Below are positions 19,008 to 29,840 of a stretch of 64,000 bases of DNA, in pieces. Under the pieces are notes generated by a model. It saw only the letters and a program-made list of their open reading frames with translations, did not search any database and had not been told where the DNA came from. The position numbers were made by a program, and so were the translations under genes. Source of the stretch: an uncultured bacterium. Its GTDB lineage: Bacteria; Acidobacteriota; UBA6911; RPQK01; JADFOI01. The DNA is taken from positions 4,779-68,778 of the forward strand of contig CBDUTA010000001.1 in NCBI GenBank assembly GCA_965369785.1. Reading direction: 5' to 3'. The number at the start of each line of letters is the position of its first letter. Positions within the stretch are counted from its first letter, which is position 1.

Positions 19008-19973
19008 TTGGGTTGTGCCATGACCAGCATCGGCTGGCTCGGATGGACTGTCAAGGACAGCCCTCTCAGGGGGTGGGATCCCACCCCCTCAAGCCTCTCA
19101 ACTGTCTCTTCACTCTCGATCCTTATCTGTCCCACTTTCGCTGACGGGATACATCAGGAGGGTCACATCGTCACCAATCTTCATGTAATTCGCAATGCTA
19201 ATGCCGCTAGAGTGACGCTCGCCAACCAATCCAGTTGGGAGGCTCAACTGGTTGGGACCGCTCCGAAAAAGGACCTCGCGGTACTACGCATCGAAACTCC
19301 AACAGAAGCTCTACGGCCTATCCCCCTCGGCTCTTCCTACGACCTGAAAGTGGGACAGAAAGTTTTTGCTATTGGCAATCCCTTTGGACTCGATCAGAGT
19401 CTCACTACAGGAGTCGTCAGTGCCCTAGGTCGTGAGATCGAGTCGATGGCGCAGATTCCAATTCGCAATGTTATCCAAACTGACGCTGCCATCAACCCCG
19501 GCAATTCAGGAGGTCCTCTTTTAGATAGTGCTGGCCGCCTTGTCGGAATCAACACAGCTATTTACAGTCCTTCGGGTGCGTATGCAGGCATCGGCTTTGC
19601 GATACCCGTGAACACTGTGAACTGGGTGGTTCCCGACCTGATTGCCCATGGAAAGCTCAAACGCCCGGCTCTTGGTATTCAGGCTTCTGGTAATTATGTC
19701 ACGCGTCGTCTCGGCATCGATGGAGTGCTTGTCCTGGAGGTTCTGGAGGGTAGTGGAGCACGACAGGCTGGTCTCCGTCCCAGGCGCCGCAATCGCTTTG
19801 GTCAGGTCGAGTTGGGAGATGTTATCGTTGATGTTGACGGTCAAACGCTCCATTCAACAGCCGCTCTGATCCTGTTGCTTGAGAAACGGCAATTGGGTGA
19901 CAGGGTGACGCTTTCCATCCTGAGAAATGGTGCAAAACAGCAGGTTATTTGCACTCTTGAAGAGGCCCGATAG
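19008..19973 (+). CDS. HtrA/DegP-family trypsin-like serine protease with a C-terminal PDZ domain, N-terminally truncated or degenerate
   Basis: HIVTNLHV (His), DLAVLRI (Asp), GNSGGPL (Ser) and a PDZ region. It has no signal peptide and no GSGFI block. The ORF begins at a TTG only about 30 codons before the catalytic His. Confidence 0.6.
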   Translation: MGCAMTSIGWLGWTVKDSPLRGWDPTPSSLSTVSSLSILICPTFADGIHQEGHIVTNLHVIRNANAARVTLANQSSWEAQLVGTAPKKDLAVLRIETPTEALRPIPLGSSYDLKVGQKVFAIGNPFGLDQSLTTGVVSALGREIESMAQIPIRNVIQTDAAINPGNSGGPLLDSAGRLVGINTAIYSPSGAYAGIGFAIPVNTVNWVVPDLIAHGKLKRPALGIQASGNYVTRRLGIDGVLVLEVLEGSGARQAGLRPRRRNRFGQVELGDVIVDVDGQTLHSTAALILLLEKRQLGDRVTLSILRNGAKQQVICTLEEAR

Positions 19974-20300
19974 TGGTCTCTAGAGAAGAAAAAGCCCCAT
20001 CCCATTATCGAAAGCAACGTGGTCATCGGCGCCGGAGCAATACTCCTGGGGCCTATTCGCGTAGAAAACAACGCCAGAATAGGTACTGGAAGTGTTGTCA
20101 TCAAACCCGTACCTGCGGGAGCTACCGTGGTGGGTGTTTCGGGCCGAACAGTAGAAGAAACGGGCAGAATTCTACCGCTTTTAGAACATGCTGAGTTGCC
20201 GGATCCACTCACTGAGATCATTCGGGATATCGCAAAGGAACAAGAACAAATCAAGCAACGCCTCAGCTCTCTCGAGCGGCGGGACAGAATGAAGGTGTGA
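19974..20300 (+). pseudogene. cysE: 3' remnant of serine O-acetyltransferase (cysE), hexapeptide-repeat C-terminus only
   Basis: HPIIESNVVIGAGAILLGPIRVENNARIGTGSVVIKPVPAGATVVG matches the CysE C-terminal left-handed beta-helix. The frame opens immediately after the htrA stop, with no start codon and no N-terminal 2/3. Confidence 0.6.
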
Positions 20301-20388
20301 CAGTCCTGCACCTCTTACCTTAATTCCGTACGGGCTAGCTCTTCTGGAAGACCCCCGGGGTTGGGGCTTCCCGCTTGGACATGCAAAC

Positions 20389-20904
20389 TCACGGCGAGGG
20401 TTCGGTAACTGCCGGTAAGACTCGAAATGCGCTGTGACAAGCGCTGCAGGTGGCACCGATGCTCTCCAACGTTTCGGAAACCCCGGACAAGGACTGTTGT
20501 TCTGCCTGCCTGTGTAGTTCCTCCGCCTGATTCCCCAGCTTTTCTGCCAGGTCAACGAACACCTGCAGTTTCTCATCACTCAGCTCCACCTCTTCGAGCA
20601 CGTCGGGAATGTGGAGGGCTGCTTCAGCCATTGCCTGGGCAACAGGGGACATCTGGCCGATTTGACGTTGACGCTCAGCCTCCACGTCCATTTCCTGGGG
20701 AAGCTGATTCAGGGACAATCGCTCCAGCTCTGCCATGATTTGCCTGAGCCTTTCGCTGTGAACCGCGTGTAAAGCTGCCTTGTCCGTCCTCTCCAGGCGT
20801 CGCCTGTATTCTTCCATGGGTCTCTGCCGACACGAGGGTCCCACCAACAGCAAAAACAACGTCACTGCAAAAACAATTCGGAGAAAATGAGTCGTCTTAA
20901 GCAT
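20389..20904 (-). CDS. periplasmic class II cytochrome c (cytochrome c'-like four-helix bundle)
   Basis: A signal peptide and a single CSACH heme motif at the extreme C-terminus, as in cytochrome c'/c556. Confidence 0.6.
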   Translation of the reverse strand: MLKTTHFLRIVFAVTLFLLLVGPSCRQRPMEEYRRRLERTDKAALHAVHSERLRQIMAELERLSLNQLPQEMDVEAERQRQIGQMSPVAQAMAEAALHIPDVLEEVELSDEKLQVFVDLAEKLGNQAEELHRQAEQQSLSGVSETLESIGATCSACHSAFRVLPAVTEPSP

Positions 20905-20934
20905 GACTATCTCCTCGATACCCTTTTGCCTGAT

Positions 20935-22218
20935 TCAAAAAGTAACTCGCGCACGCAATCCGAACAGCAAAACGTCCCGAGCCGACTTGAGCCCACCTGG
21001 CTGATCGATAAACTGCACATCCGGGGTAAGTGTCAACCACGGCATCGCCTGAATGTTGTAGTACAGCTCCAGTCCGGTCTCTCGCACGAAGTCCGAGTTA
21101 ACATAGGTGCGAAACAGGTCCGAACCGTGAGCGGAATAAAAGCCCAGTCCGAGAACATCCTCATCCCGTCGCGGCAGCAGTCCCTGATACTGAAACCCGG
21201 CAGACCAAAAATGAGAGATTTGATTCACTTCGTCATCGCGGTATCCTAAACGTAGAAACACCCCTAATCCCTGGAGATCCTCTTCTGCTGCACGATATAA
21301 AGCCTGGTCAAAGCTCAAATAGAACCCCACGTCTCCGCCACGCAATTCGGCTAAGTCTGGATCGGGACTTTCGGACCGAAATACCGTCTTTTTACGGGGG
21401 TCGTAAAAGATTCCGAAACGGTAGTTACCCGGCATTGCCCCCCCCTGCGGGCTGGCCCATTGCCCTTTTAGATCGGCCGCGAAGTACAGCATGAGGCTCC
21501 CAAAATCGTCAAACGCAGTATTGAAGCCGGCCTGCCGGACCTGATTGTCCGCATCGGCCGTTCCCAAAATCAATCTCAACCACTCGGTCGGATTGACGAA
21601 TAGCGTTGCACCCAGGCCGATTTTCAGTGGAATGCTGGCGTTATTGTTGTCGAGAAAGGTCGACATGAACTGTCTGTCTTCGGCGTTCGCGTAAATGTTG
21701 CGGTCGAGAATCGTCTGCTGGTCGATATATCCAAAACGCAGCTGAAGTTTTTGATTCAGGAAACTCTTTTGAAACCAGAACTGATCGATGTAAACGAACT
21801 GGTCAAAATCTGCGTCATCAAAGGGATCGGAAAGAGCACCGACCTCGGGATTCACGTTCCTGCCCTGGGTGCTTTTCAACTGCAGGAGAGATTCGGCGCC
21901 CGCCATCCACCCCATTCTTTCGAAATCCAGGTGGAAAAAAAAATCAGCACTACCGCTGTGACGATGTACTCCGTCCCTGGTGAGGATCCCAAAGTAGTGG
22001 TTGTAGTACGGACTCACTTTCAGGCCTGCATTTTCCAGATCCGTACGAGTTCCCTTCCAATCGCCCAGCAGGCGGCGACGGGGTTGTGGTCTCTGGGCAT
22101 TCTGGAGGTCTTCGTTCTGAGACAGGGAATCGTTTTCGACAGACGCATGGGCCCATCCGGGCTGAAGGAGCACAACCAGAAGCGCGGCGAGGAGAGGCAG
22201 TGAATGCCAAGACGGCAT
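20935..22218 (-). CDS. carbohydrate-selective porin, OprB family
   Basis: A signal peptide, 427 aa, an aromatic-rich beta-strand periodicity and a C-terminal F. Resembles OprB-type porins. Confidence 0.65.
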   Translation of the reverse strand: MPSWHSLPLLAALLVVLLQPGWAHASVENDSLSQNEDLQNAQRPQPRRRLLGDWKGTRTDLENAGLKVSPYYNHYFGILTRDGVHRHSGSADFFFHLDFERMGWMAGAESLLQLKSTQGRNVNPEVGALSDPFDDADFDQFVYIDQFWFQKSFLNQKLQLRFGYIDQQTILDRNIYANAEDRQFMSTFLDNNNASIPLKIGLGATLFVNPTEWLRLILGTADADNQVRQAGFNTAFDDFGSLMLYFAADLKGQWASPQGGAMPGNYRFGIFYDPRKKTVFRSESPDPDLAELRGGDVGFYLSFDQALYRAAEEDLQGLGVFLRLGYRDDEVNQISHFWSAGFQYQGLLPRRDEDVLGLGFYSAHGSDLFRTYVNSDFVRETGLELYYNIQAMPWLTLTPDVQFIDQPGGLKSARDVLLFGLRARVTF

Positions 22219-22246
22219 TTGATTTTCCCCCCTTTACAAACACTGG

Positions 22247-23494
22247 TTAGACACTAGGCCAAAACAACAACACAGCAATCACCACCATAGTCCCTACCAC
22301 ATTGAAAACTGTCACCTTGTGCAAGAGACGTTTGTGTCCCAGGACCGCAACGATGACCCCTTTGAAGAACAGATTAGCCATCACCGCCACCAGAATCAGT
22401 CTCCACCCCGTCTGTCCATCCACTCGGCCCGTGTTCACCAGTTGAGAAGTGGACAGCGTAATAGCATCAAGCTTGGTCAAACCGGAGAGTGCAGCTGCCA
22501 CATACAGACCGCGGTTCCCGAAATGTTCACTCGCTGCGGCGACTCCGAGAAGGACAAGAGCGTAGGACAAACCAAACAACAGGGCCGACTTCATTTCGCA
22601 TGGATTCTCCACAGCAGGTATCTCATCTTGCTCCTTTCGACCTCGAAACCACAGCCACAGGGAAAACAGGCCGAGAACCGTCAACAGGGTGAGGATGGGT
22701 GGACCCGCAACTGCCCAAAATGGGGGTGCCACCACGGCAATCTCCAGCAGCAGGCGGAGCAGGACAATCGTGGAGGCGATCATGATCACAACTCCTGCTA
22801 CACCCGAACTCAGTGGCGAGGCAGCAGAACGTCTGGCGTAGGAAACCGTCGTTGCAGTACTGGAGACGAATCCCCCCAATAGGCCACCCATCAACGTTCC
22901 AGCTGAAGGCGCGAGAAACTTGTAGATGACGTAACCCACCAGACTGAGACCCACCACAAGCACCACCATCAACCAAATGTGTCTCAGGTTGAGGACTCCA
23001 TAGGGACCAAAGAACCGGTCAGGGAGTACGGGGAGGATAACCAGGGAAATGAGAGCGAACTGCATGACTGCTTTGACGTCGGTCTCCTTCAATTTGGCTG
23101 TAACGCCATGCAGGGATTCCTTGAGATACAGGAGAACGGCGACAAGAGCACCTACCGCCACTGCGATTTCCGTCAGGCCAACCACTAAATAGGCGCCCAA
23201 AGCGAACATGAGCAGAAGGGCGACTTCGGTCGTGCGGCCTGGGTCGACGGTTCCGGCCCTATACTCGGCTATGTTTCCAATGATGATCAGGCCGGCCAAG
23301 GCCAGAAACCCGGCCGCCACGACTCCGCCCCCGAATGACTGAGCGAGGGTAGCGCAAAAGACTCCCAATATAGTGACCAGCGGGAAGGTACGCACTCCGG
23401 CTAAACGAGATGCAACGCGTTCCCGCTGCAGACCCACCAGAAGTCCCAGACCTAATGCGATCAAAAGTCTTTGAAAGAGAAGGGCAAATTCCAT
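22247..23494 (-). CDS. MgtC/SapB-family N-terminal domain + DUF4010 membrane protein
   Basis: LIALGLGLLVGLQRERVASRLAGVRTFPLV is the MgtC signature. It is followed by about 10 further TM helices. Confidence 0.7.
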   Translation of the reverse strand: MEFALLFQRLLIALGLGLLVGLQRERVASRLAGVRTFPLVTILGVFCATLAQSFGGGVVAAGFLALAGLIIIGNIAEYRAGTVDPGRTTEVALLLMFALGAYLVVGLTEIAVAVGALVAVLLYLKESLHGVTAKLKETDVKAVMQFALISLVILPVLPDRFFGPYGVLNLRHIWLMVVLVVGLSLVGYVIYKFLAPSAGTLMGGLLGGFVSSTATTVSYARRSAASPLSSGVAGVVIMIASTIVLLRLLLEIAVVAPPFWAVAGPPILTLLTVLGLFSLWLWFRGRKEQDEIPAVENPCEMKSALLFGLSYALVLLGVAAASEHFGNRGLYVAAALSGLTKLDAITLSTSQLVNTGRVDGQTGWRLILVAVMANLFFKGVIVAVLGHKRLLHKVTVFNVVGTMVVIAVLLFWPSV

Positions 23495-23557
23495 CGAACT
23501 CAGCCTATAGCCGCTTCCTTATCGCACAGATCAAGTCGCATCGGATTCTCAAAAGAT

Positions 23558-25594
23558 TTATTTGCCTTGGCGCTTTACCTGCGAAACACCTTTCACCGCA
23601 GGCCAAACGGCCCGCTGCTTCAGAGCCTTTTCCCTCCTTTGTCGACTCTCCCGACCGTCCGCAGTAATCTTTAATAGTGCAAGAACCTGATCTCCAGTGA
23701 TCTCTTCCTCTTCCAGAAGAAGCTGGGCGAGTTGCTCCAAGCCTTCGCGATGTTGGCGCAGAGTGTCGAAGGCTCGCTTGTAGGATCCATTCAAGATCGA
23801 CTTGATCTCCTCATCAATCTCTCTGGCGGTTCCTTCACTGTACTCTCTTTTCTGAACAATTTCCTCCCCCAAGAAAACCTGTTCTCGTCTACCGCCCGGG
23901 ACCATATGTCCGAGTCGTTCGCTCATTCCCCAATCGAGTACCATCTGGCGCGCCAGTGCCGTGGCCAGTTTCAGATCGTTTTCCACTCCGCTGGTCGCGG
24001 TATCGAAAACAATAGTCTCGGCGGCTTGTCCGCCCATCATGACGGCCAATCGATCCAGTAGGAACTCGCGACTATAGATATACTTGTCTCGCTTGGGCAG
24101 CTGTTGGGTGCTGCCCATCGCACTCCCACGTGGGACAATCGTTACCTTGTGGATGGGGTCGGCATGTGGAAGCACCGCTGCCACAACGGCGTGGCCGGCC
24201 TCGTGATACGAGAGAATCAGGCGTTCCTCGGTGGTCAGGACCAGGCTTTCCCTGGCTGGTCCCATCAACACCTTGTCACGGGCTTCTTCAATATCCTCGG
24301 ACTCAATGCTCTTTTTCTGTTTGCGAGCAGCCAAAAGAGCAGCCTCGTTGAGCAGGTTTTCCAGGTCAGCTCCACTGAAGCCGGGAGTTCCGCGAGCCAG
24401 TCGCTCCAGGTCAACATCGTCGGACTGGGGCTTGTTTCGAGCGTGGATTTTGAGAATTGCGATCCGATCTCGCAGGGTGGGTAGGTCAAGAGTGATCCGA
24501 CGGTCGAAACGTCCTGGCCGAAGTAAGGCAGGATCCAGGATGTCGGGGCGGTTGGTGGCGGCCAGTAACACAACACCGTGACTGGGTTCGAAGCCATCCA
24601 TTTCCGAAAGGAGCTGATTGAGCGTTTGCTCCCGTTCATCATGACCTCCACCCAGGCCAGCACCACGTCGCCTTCCGATTGCATCGATTTCGTCGATAAA
24701 AATAATGCTGGGAGCGTTTTTCTTGGCTTCTCTAAACAGATTTCGAACCCGGGAAGCTCCCACTCCCACGAACATTTCCATAAAGTCCGAGCCGGTGATG
24801 CTAAAAAACAGGACGTTTGCCTCCCCGGCAACGGCGCGCGCCAGCAGAGTCTTCCCTGTTCCTGGAGGTCCTAGAAGCAGGACCCCACCAGGAATTTCTG
24901 CCCCCAGACTGCGAAAACGACTGGGATCCTTGAGGAACTCAATCATTTCACGGAGTTCGGTTTTTGCTTCTTCCACTCCGGCTACATCCTCGAAAGTCGT
25001 TCGCTCGAAGCTGCGGTCATAGGTTTTGGCTGGGCTGCTGCCCATGCCTAGAATATTGCCTCCTTGAGTTTGGGCGCGACGCATGAGGAGAACAATTAAC
25101 CCTATGAAAAGTAAAAACGGCAACAAGTTTAAAAGTACGATTCTCCACGAGGCATCCTGCTCAGGTTCCGTCTGAACCTCGACACCTTGTGACCTTAATT
25201 GAGAAAATAACTCCTCGTCACCGAATGAAGGTAAATAAGTGACAAATCGTGAGTAACTTATGATCTCGCCCGGTGAAACTTCCTGCTCACTAGGTTTTTT
25301 TAAAAAGCCTTGGACTTTTTCCCCGGTCACAGTAATCCAACTGACGTTCCCGTCTTCCAGCTGTCTATGAAAGGTGCTGTAGCTGATGCGAACTTCATCG
25401 TCAAGGCGGGTACTCAATGGGCTCCATATCCAGATGATCATAAAAATCAACACCAGCAGCCAAATGAAAAACCCTGCCCCCCTGATGAGCGGGTTCTGAC
25501 GGTTGCCTGCATCCATTGGACCCTCAGATCCATTGTCTTGTTTTGGATTCACTTTGAGATACATCAGATTTTCACGGTCCAGTGCCCGTCGCAT
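23558..25594 (-). CDS. ftsH: ATP-dependent zinc metalloprotease FtsH
   Basis: Walker A (GPPGTGKT), SRH, the HEAGH zinc site and N-terminal TM helices. The start is set at the first ATG, which is preceded by GGAAG; the ORF-track start is a TTG. Confidence 0.9.
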   Translation of the reverse strand: MRRALDRENLMYLKVNPKQDNGSEGPMDAGNRQNPLIRGAGFFIWLLVLIFMIIWIWSPLSTRLDDEVRISYSTFHRQLEDGNVSWITVTGEKVQGFLKKPSEQEVSPGEIISYSRFVTYLPSFGDEELFSQLRSQGVEVQTEPEQDASWRIVLLNLLPFLLFIGLIVLLMRRAQTQGGNILGMGSSPAKTYDRSFERTTFEDVAGVEEAKTELREMIEFLKDPSRFRSLGAEIPGGVLLLGPPGTGKTLLARAVAGEANVLFFSITGSDFMEMFVGVGASRVRNLFREAKKNAPSIIFIDEIDAIGRRRGAGLGGGHDEREQTLNQLLSEMDGFEPSHGVVLLAATNRPDILDPALLRPGRFDRRITLDLPTLRDRIAILKIHARNKPQSDDVDLERLARGTPGFSGADLENLLNEAALLAARKQKKSIESEDIEEARDKVLMGPARESLVLTTEERLILSYHEAGHAVVAAVLPHADPIHKVTIVPRGSAMGSTQQLPKRDKYIYSREFLLDRLAVMMGGQAAETIVFDTATSGVENDLKLATALARQMVLDWGMSERLGHMVPGGRREQVFLGEEIVQKREYSEGTAREIDEEIKSILNGSYKRAFDTLRQHREGLEQLAQLLLEEEEITGDQVLALLKITADGRESRQRREKALKQRAVWPAVKGVSQVKRQGK

Positions 25595-27932
25595 GTACAA
25601 CTTCCAACTCTGAAATCACTGATAGGAGCACCTCTTCAATGCGTTCTACAAAAACGAATTCCATTTCATCCCGGACCTGATCCGGTATCTCTCTTAAGTC
25701 CTTTCGATTCTCCCGGGGTAGAATCATGCGCTTGATCTCAGCGCGTCGGGCCGCCAATACTTTTTCCTTAATCCCTCCCACAGGCAACACCAACCCGGTC
25801 AGTGTGATTTCTCCCGTCATGGCGGTATCTTTGCGAGTAGCAATGTTGGTATAGAGTGAAGCGAGCGCTGCAGCAATCGTGATTCCCGCTGACGGACCAT
25901 CTTTGGGAATCGCACCTGCCGGGACGTGGACGTGAAGACCTGAATTTGTGAACAGTTCTGGGTCAATACCCATCTCACCGGCATGTGACCAAATGTAGCT
26001 TTGTGCCGCCTTGGCGGACTCCTGCATGACCTCACCTAGTTGTCCGGTCAGTGTTAGATCTTTTCCGCCTGGCAAGAGTGTTGCTTCCACGTAAAGCACA
26101 TCGCCTCCAGTTTCGGTCCAGGCGACACCCGTACTCACACCTGGCGGCAGCTCTTCTCTGGCCTGCTCGAGAAAGAACTGTCCCGGTCCAAGCAGCTCCA
26201 GAAGATCTTTGGTTGCAATTTTTATGGCAGCGGTCTCGCCTTCTGCAAACTTCAATGCGATCTTGCGAAACACTCTGGCTATGGCCCGTTCCAGTTGGCG
26301 CACACCTGCCTCGCGTGTATAGCAGGAAATGATCTGTTTCAATGTGTCCTCTTTGAGAGCACATTGTTCAGTCTTTAATCCAGCCTCACCGATCTGGCGG
26401 GGGACCAGGTATCGTTTTGCGATCTCTAACTTTTCCTCCTCGCTGTATCCCGGCAGTCTGAGCTTCTCCATACGATCCAGCAGGGGCCGCGGAATGGACT
26501 CCAGCGTATTGGCGGTGGTGATGAAAAAAACACTCGAGAGGTCGAAGGGTAGATTAAGATAATTGTCTCGGAAGTTGGAATTCTGTTCCGGATCAAGAAT
26601 TTCCATCAGGGCAGCAGCTGGATCACCTCGAAAGTCACGACCGAGTTTGTCCACTTCATCCAGCATCAGGACGGGGTTGTTGACCTCAGCACGGCGGATG
26701 GCCTGAATGATTCTCCCGGGCATTGCACCGATGTAGGTTCGGCGGTGACCTCGAAGCTCTGCTTCGTCGTGCATGCCTCCCAGGCTCATTCGTTCGAACT
26801 TTCGTTTGAGTGCTCGGGCAATGGACTGTCCTAATGAGGTCTTTCCGGTTCCCGGTGGACCGATGAAACACAGAATGGGCGACTTGGCACCGGGATTGAG
26901 TTTGAGGACTCCGAGATGCTCGAGGATCCGCTCCTTAACTTCTTTTAAGTCGTAATGATCCTTCTCGAGCACCCGTCTGGCCCGTGGAATGTCCAGCAGC
27001 TTTTCAGGCGTCTTCTTCCAGGGCAATTCCAGCACCAGATCAAGATAGCTGCGGATCAAACCGTGCTCGGGTGAAGCAGAGGGCAACCTTTCCAATCTGG
27101 CCAGCTCACGCTCCGTTTCTTTGTATACATCGTCGGGAAGATCTGCTTTCTCGAGGCGCTCGTGAAGCAGATCGAGCTCAGCATGTTCTGGGTCTTGTTC
27201 TCCGAGTTCCTGCTGAATTGCGCGCAGCTGTTGCCGCAAAAAGTATTCACGCTGCTCGTTACTCATCTCAGAGACGGCATGACTCGCGATTTTCTTGCGC
27301 AGCTCCAGAACCTGAATCTCATGATTGAGATAGGTATGAAGTAAACGCAGCGCGTCGGCCACCGTCTGGGCCTCCAGCAGGTCCTGCTCCTTCTGTATCT
27401 CCAGGCTAAGAATTGAGGCCGCGAGATAGACAAATTGTAAAGAGTCCTCAGTGGTACTCAATAAAGGAAGAATCTCCAGCTTGGCTTGATGACCAAAAAG
27501 GGCTATGGCCTTGCCTGCCAGGTCCAGCACGGCAAGATGCAGAGCTTCTACTTCGGTTCCCTTATCCTCTGGTAGGGGTAAACGGCGGACGCGAGCCTCC
27601 AAAAAGGGCTCAGTCTTTTCCATTTTTATCAGGACCACACGTTCCATTCCTTGGGCAATGAGTTCCATGAAGTCTTCTCTGGGTCGCAGAATCTTCTTGA
27701 TGATGGCTTTGGTCCCAATGGTGTAGAGATCATCTTGCCCGGGAACCTCAACCGAAGAGTCCCGCTGGGCGAAGACCACCATTTCTTTTGCCTCCGTTGA
27801 GACGGCAGCCTCGACTGCCGCCACGGAAGGGGGACGACCCACCGAAAGAGGCATACGTATGTGAGGAAAGAAGACCTTGCCCTTCAAAGGCACGACTGGC
27901 AGGGTGTCTACCTGATTCTCTGCTTCACTCAT
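25572..27932 (-). CDS. lon: ATP-dependent Lon protease
   Basis: A Lon N-terminal domain, AAA+ (GPPGTGKTS) and a C-terminal Ser-Lys protease domain (PKDGPSAG). The start is moved to MSEAENQV, which has a strong GAGAGGAAG Shine-Dalgarno. Confidence 0.9.
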   Translation of the reverse strand: MSEAENQVDTLPVVPLKGKVFFPHIRMPLSVGRPPSVAAVEAAVSTEAKEMVVFAQRDSSVEVPGQDDLYTIGTKAIIKKILRPREDFMELIAQGMERVVLIKMEKTEPFLEARVRRLPLPEDKGTEVEALHLAVLDLAGKAIALFGHQAKLEILPLLSTTEDSLQFVYLAASILSLEIQKEQDLLEAQTVADALRLLHTYLNHEIQVLELRKKIASHAVSEMSNEQREYFLRQQLRAIQQELGEQDPEHAELDLLHERLEKADLPDDVYKETERELARLERLPSASPEHGLIRSYLDLVLELPWKKTPEKLLDIPRARRVLEKDHYDLKEVKERILEHLGVLKLNPGAKSPILCFIGPPGTGKTSLGQSIARALKRKFERMSLGGMHDEAELRGHRRTYIGAMPGRIIQAIRRAEVNNPVLMLDEVDKLGRDFRGDPAAALMEILDPEQNSNFRDNYLNLPFDLSSVFFITTANTLESIPRPLLDRMEKLRLPGYSEEEKLEIAKRYLVPRQIGEAGLKTEQCALKEDTLKQIISCYTREAGVRQLERAIARVFRKIALKFAEGETAAIKIATKDLLELLGPGQFFLEQAREELPPGVSTGVAWTETGGDVLYVEATLLPGGKDLTLTGQLGEVMQESAKAAQSYIWSHAGEMGIDPELFTNSGLHVHVPAGAIPKDGPSAGITIAAALASLYTNIATRKDTAMTGEITLTGLVLPVGGIKEKVLAARRAEIKRMILPRENRKDLREIPDQVRDEMEFVFVERIEEVLLSVISELEVVHATGTGP

Positions 27933-27956
27933 CGTTCTTCCTCTCTGTGGACAGCT

Positions 27957-28125
27957 AGCCCGGATAATGCATAAGTTCTCTACTGCAGCGACGAAATCAT
28001 CCGCCCTGTCTGCGTTGCACTCGGTCGGCCTCCTCAACGTACTGCAGAGAGTACGTTTGCGGGGACCTCTGTCGCGCGCCTTGCAAGGTCGGCGTTTTCG
28101 TCGCTTCGTGACAAGAACCAATGCA
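27957..28125. repeat. inverted pair of the AGCCCGGA-TAAT-GCAT motif flanking the lon 5' leader
   Basis: GCCCGGATAATGCAT at about 27957 and ATGCATAATCCGGGC at about 28110 form a 15-bp inverted repeat about 140 bp apart. The same motif occurs at 36626 and 38060. Confidence 0.4.
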
Positions 28126-28235
28126 TAATCCGGGCTGGCCCCTCCCCACGCCGCGCTCAACCGAGCGGTTGTTGTGCGTCCTTCTTTTCGAAAGCGTTCC
28201 TGAAGAGAGTGTCGATCAGCAAGGCATCGTCGTCA

Positions 28236-28586
28236 TTAGTGAACCAGGTGTCGGGCACGTTCGATCTGGCGGGAGATCAAGTCCTTACTGGTATGAAGTG
28301 TGGAAAGGAAATCCTCTTGTACCTTTTCGGTGATTCCCTTGCCCTTATCGAGTCCTTGTTCAGCAATGGCTAAGGCATCTTCAACTAAAGCTGCCACCCG
28401 TTCACTGAAGTCCTCTTGTAATGCTTCAGCTCTATCGACTAGATCTTCGCCTGCTCCCTGGATAGCCTGCCGAGTCTTCTTGCCGGACTGCGGGGCGAAC
28501 AGTAGCGCAAGCGCGGCACCGGCCATTCCCGCTGCCATGAAAGTCAGAGCCGCTTTTTTCATGTGTCTTTCTTCTTTTTTCTTCAT
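28236..28586 (-). CDS. YtxH-like (DUF948) membrane-anchored protein
   Basis: An N-terminal TM (ALTFMAAGMAGAALALLFAP), then a coiled, Glu/Ala-rich region with GKKTRQ. Confidence 0.55.
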   Translation of the reverse strand: MKKKEERHMKKAALTFMAAGMAGAALALLFAPQSGKKTRQAIQGAGEDLVDRAEALQEDFSERVAALVEDALAIAEQGLDKGKGITEKVQEDFLSTLHTSKDLISRQIERARHLVH

Positions 28587-28755
28587 TTTTGTCCCCCTTT
28601 TCCAATATTAAATAAGGCAAATCTCATGCCAGAACAACGGCTAGAAGAGGCCGCTAAAAGCTTGTAACGGTGCTAGCGGTCACTCAACGCTTGGGGGATA
28701 TGCCTCCCCTCCGGGGGCATTTACCACCGCCGCGAATTCCACTACAGAATCAGAT

Positions 28756-29637
28756 TCAAGTAGTGTTAGAACTTTCCACTTTCTTCTTCGAGGGGCTGGC
28801 ATAGTATGCACGACATTGGAATTCACGGCCTCGTATCACGCGTCTACCGACAAGTGGCCCCCGAGTCTCCGTGACAATGGTGTGCTGCCCTTCCCGATGG
28901 TCCTGGTCGTAAAAATAGACCACGACCCAATCACGGGTACGTCCAAGGTCGTGGGCTCGAGCGGTGTTGGAGTACAGTGCGGTGAAATTCCATTCACCCT
29001 GGTGCGTGTGCAATATCGGCAGCCAAGCCTCGTTTGTAGGATTAAACCGCTTCGGGGCAATGGTGGGCAGCTCTCCAGTTCTTGATCTTCGGCAGTACTC
29101 GCGATCAACCTTCAATAGTTCCGGCACACCCGGTCCTTCTAAAGGGTCCAGGCGAGGCTGAAAAACGCGACCCAGCATGTTGTTGAGAATAGCGCGAACA
29201 GCTGCCGTACGCCGAGGTCCAATACCCATGACAGTCTGCAACCTTCCATCATGAGCCGCTGTCTCCAGTCCTTCCAGCGTGTCAATATCCAGTGTGTCGT
29301 GGATGCGCTTCGCTAGTTCCGGACCAATGCCGGAAACGGTTTGAAACAGATGCTCCGGATCGAGGGTTCCTCGAAGGCGTTCTAGCTTGCTCCAGCGGCG
29401 AGTGTGCAAAATCTCATAAATTGCAGCGGCGATGCCCCGACCAATACTGGGCAGAGCAAGAAGCCCTTCCAAGCCTTCCTCTGCCACAATCTTGCTCAGT
29501 TCACGGTCTAAACCCGAAACAGTGTCTGCCGCCCGTCGATAGGCATTGGCCCGAAAAGGATTGGCGCCCTGTAGCTGGAGCAGGTCACCGGCCTGGCGCA
29601 GTTTGCTTGCAATCTGCCGATTCAGTGAGATATTCAT
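28756..29637 (-). CDS. PolX-family N-terminal (8-kDa/HhH) domains-only DNA-binding protein
   Basis: FRANAYRRAA...LPSIGRGIAAAIYEIL and a second HhH (VMGIGPRRTAAV), with no polymerase palm. The start is at MNISLN, which has a GGAAGG Shine-Dalgarno. Confidence 0.45.
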   Translation of the reverse strand: MNISLNRQIASKLRQAGDLLQLQGANPFRANAYRRAADTVSGLDRELSKIVAEEGLEGLLALPSIGRGIAAAIYEILHTRRWSKLERLRGTLDPEHLFQTVSGIGPELAKRIHDTLDIDTLEGLETAAHDGRLQTVMGIGPRRTAAVRAILNNMLGRVFQPRLDPLEGPGVPELLKVDREYCRRSRTGELPTIAPKRFNPTNEAWLPILHTHQGEWNFTALYSNTARAHDLGRTRDWVVVYFYDQDHREGQHTIVTETRGPLVGRRVIRGREFQCRAYYASPSKKKVESSNTT

Positions 29638-29840
29638 CTCAATTCCTTCCAAGGTGGAAGACCCTGGCCTCGCCCAAGGTCTCAAATCTCGCTAACTCAA
29701 CTGGGTCACCGACATCCCCCCGATCTTCAGTCTCGTTCATCCCCTGAACGAGGAGCCAGACCTTATAGGTCTTCTTCATGCGTTGATCCTCCATCAACAA
29801 CTTCGACTCCTCACCACCTCACTTCTCTGACACGGATCAC

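Noticed and set aside
18932-19135. A 67-aa minus-strand ORF overlapping the htrA 5' region
   Set aside because: Antisense to the protease frame and no Shine-Dalgarno. The small ORF at 18823..18996 has better signals.
23732-25022. Plus-strand ORFs inside ftsH (e.g. 23732..24061, 24104..24484, 24705..25022)
   Set aside because: Antisense to a complete FtsH CDS. Typical shadow ORFs.
26032-27726. Numerous small ORFs on both strands inside lon
   Set aside because: Shadow ORFs of a complete Lon CDS.
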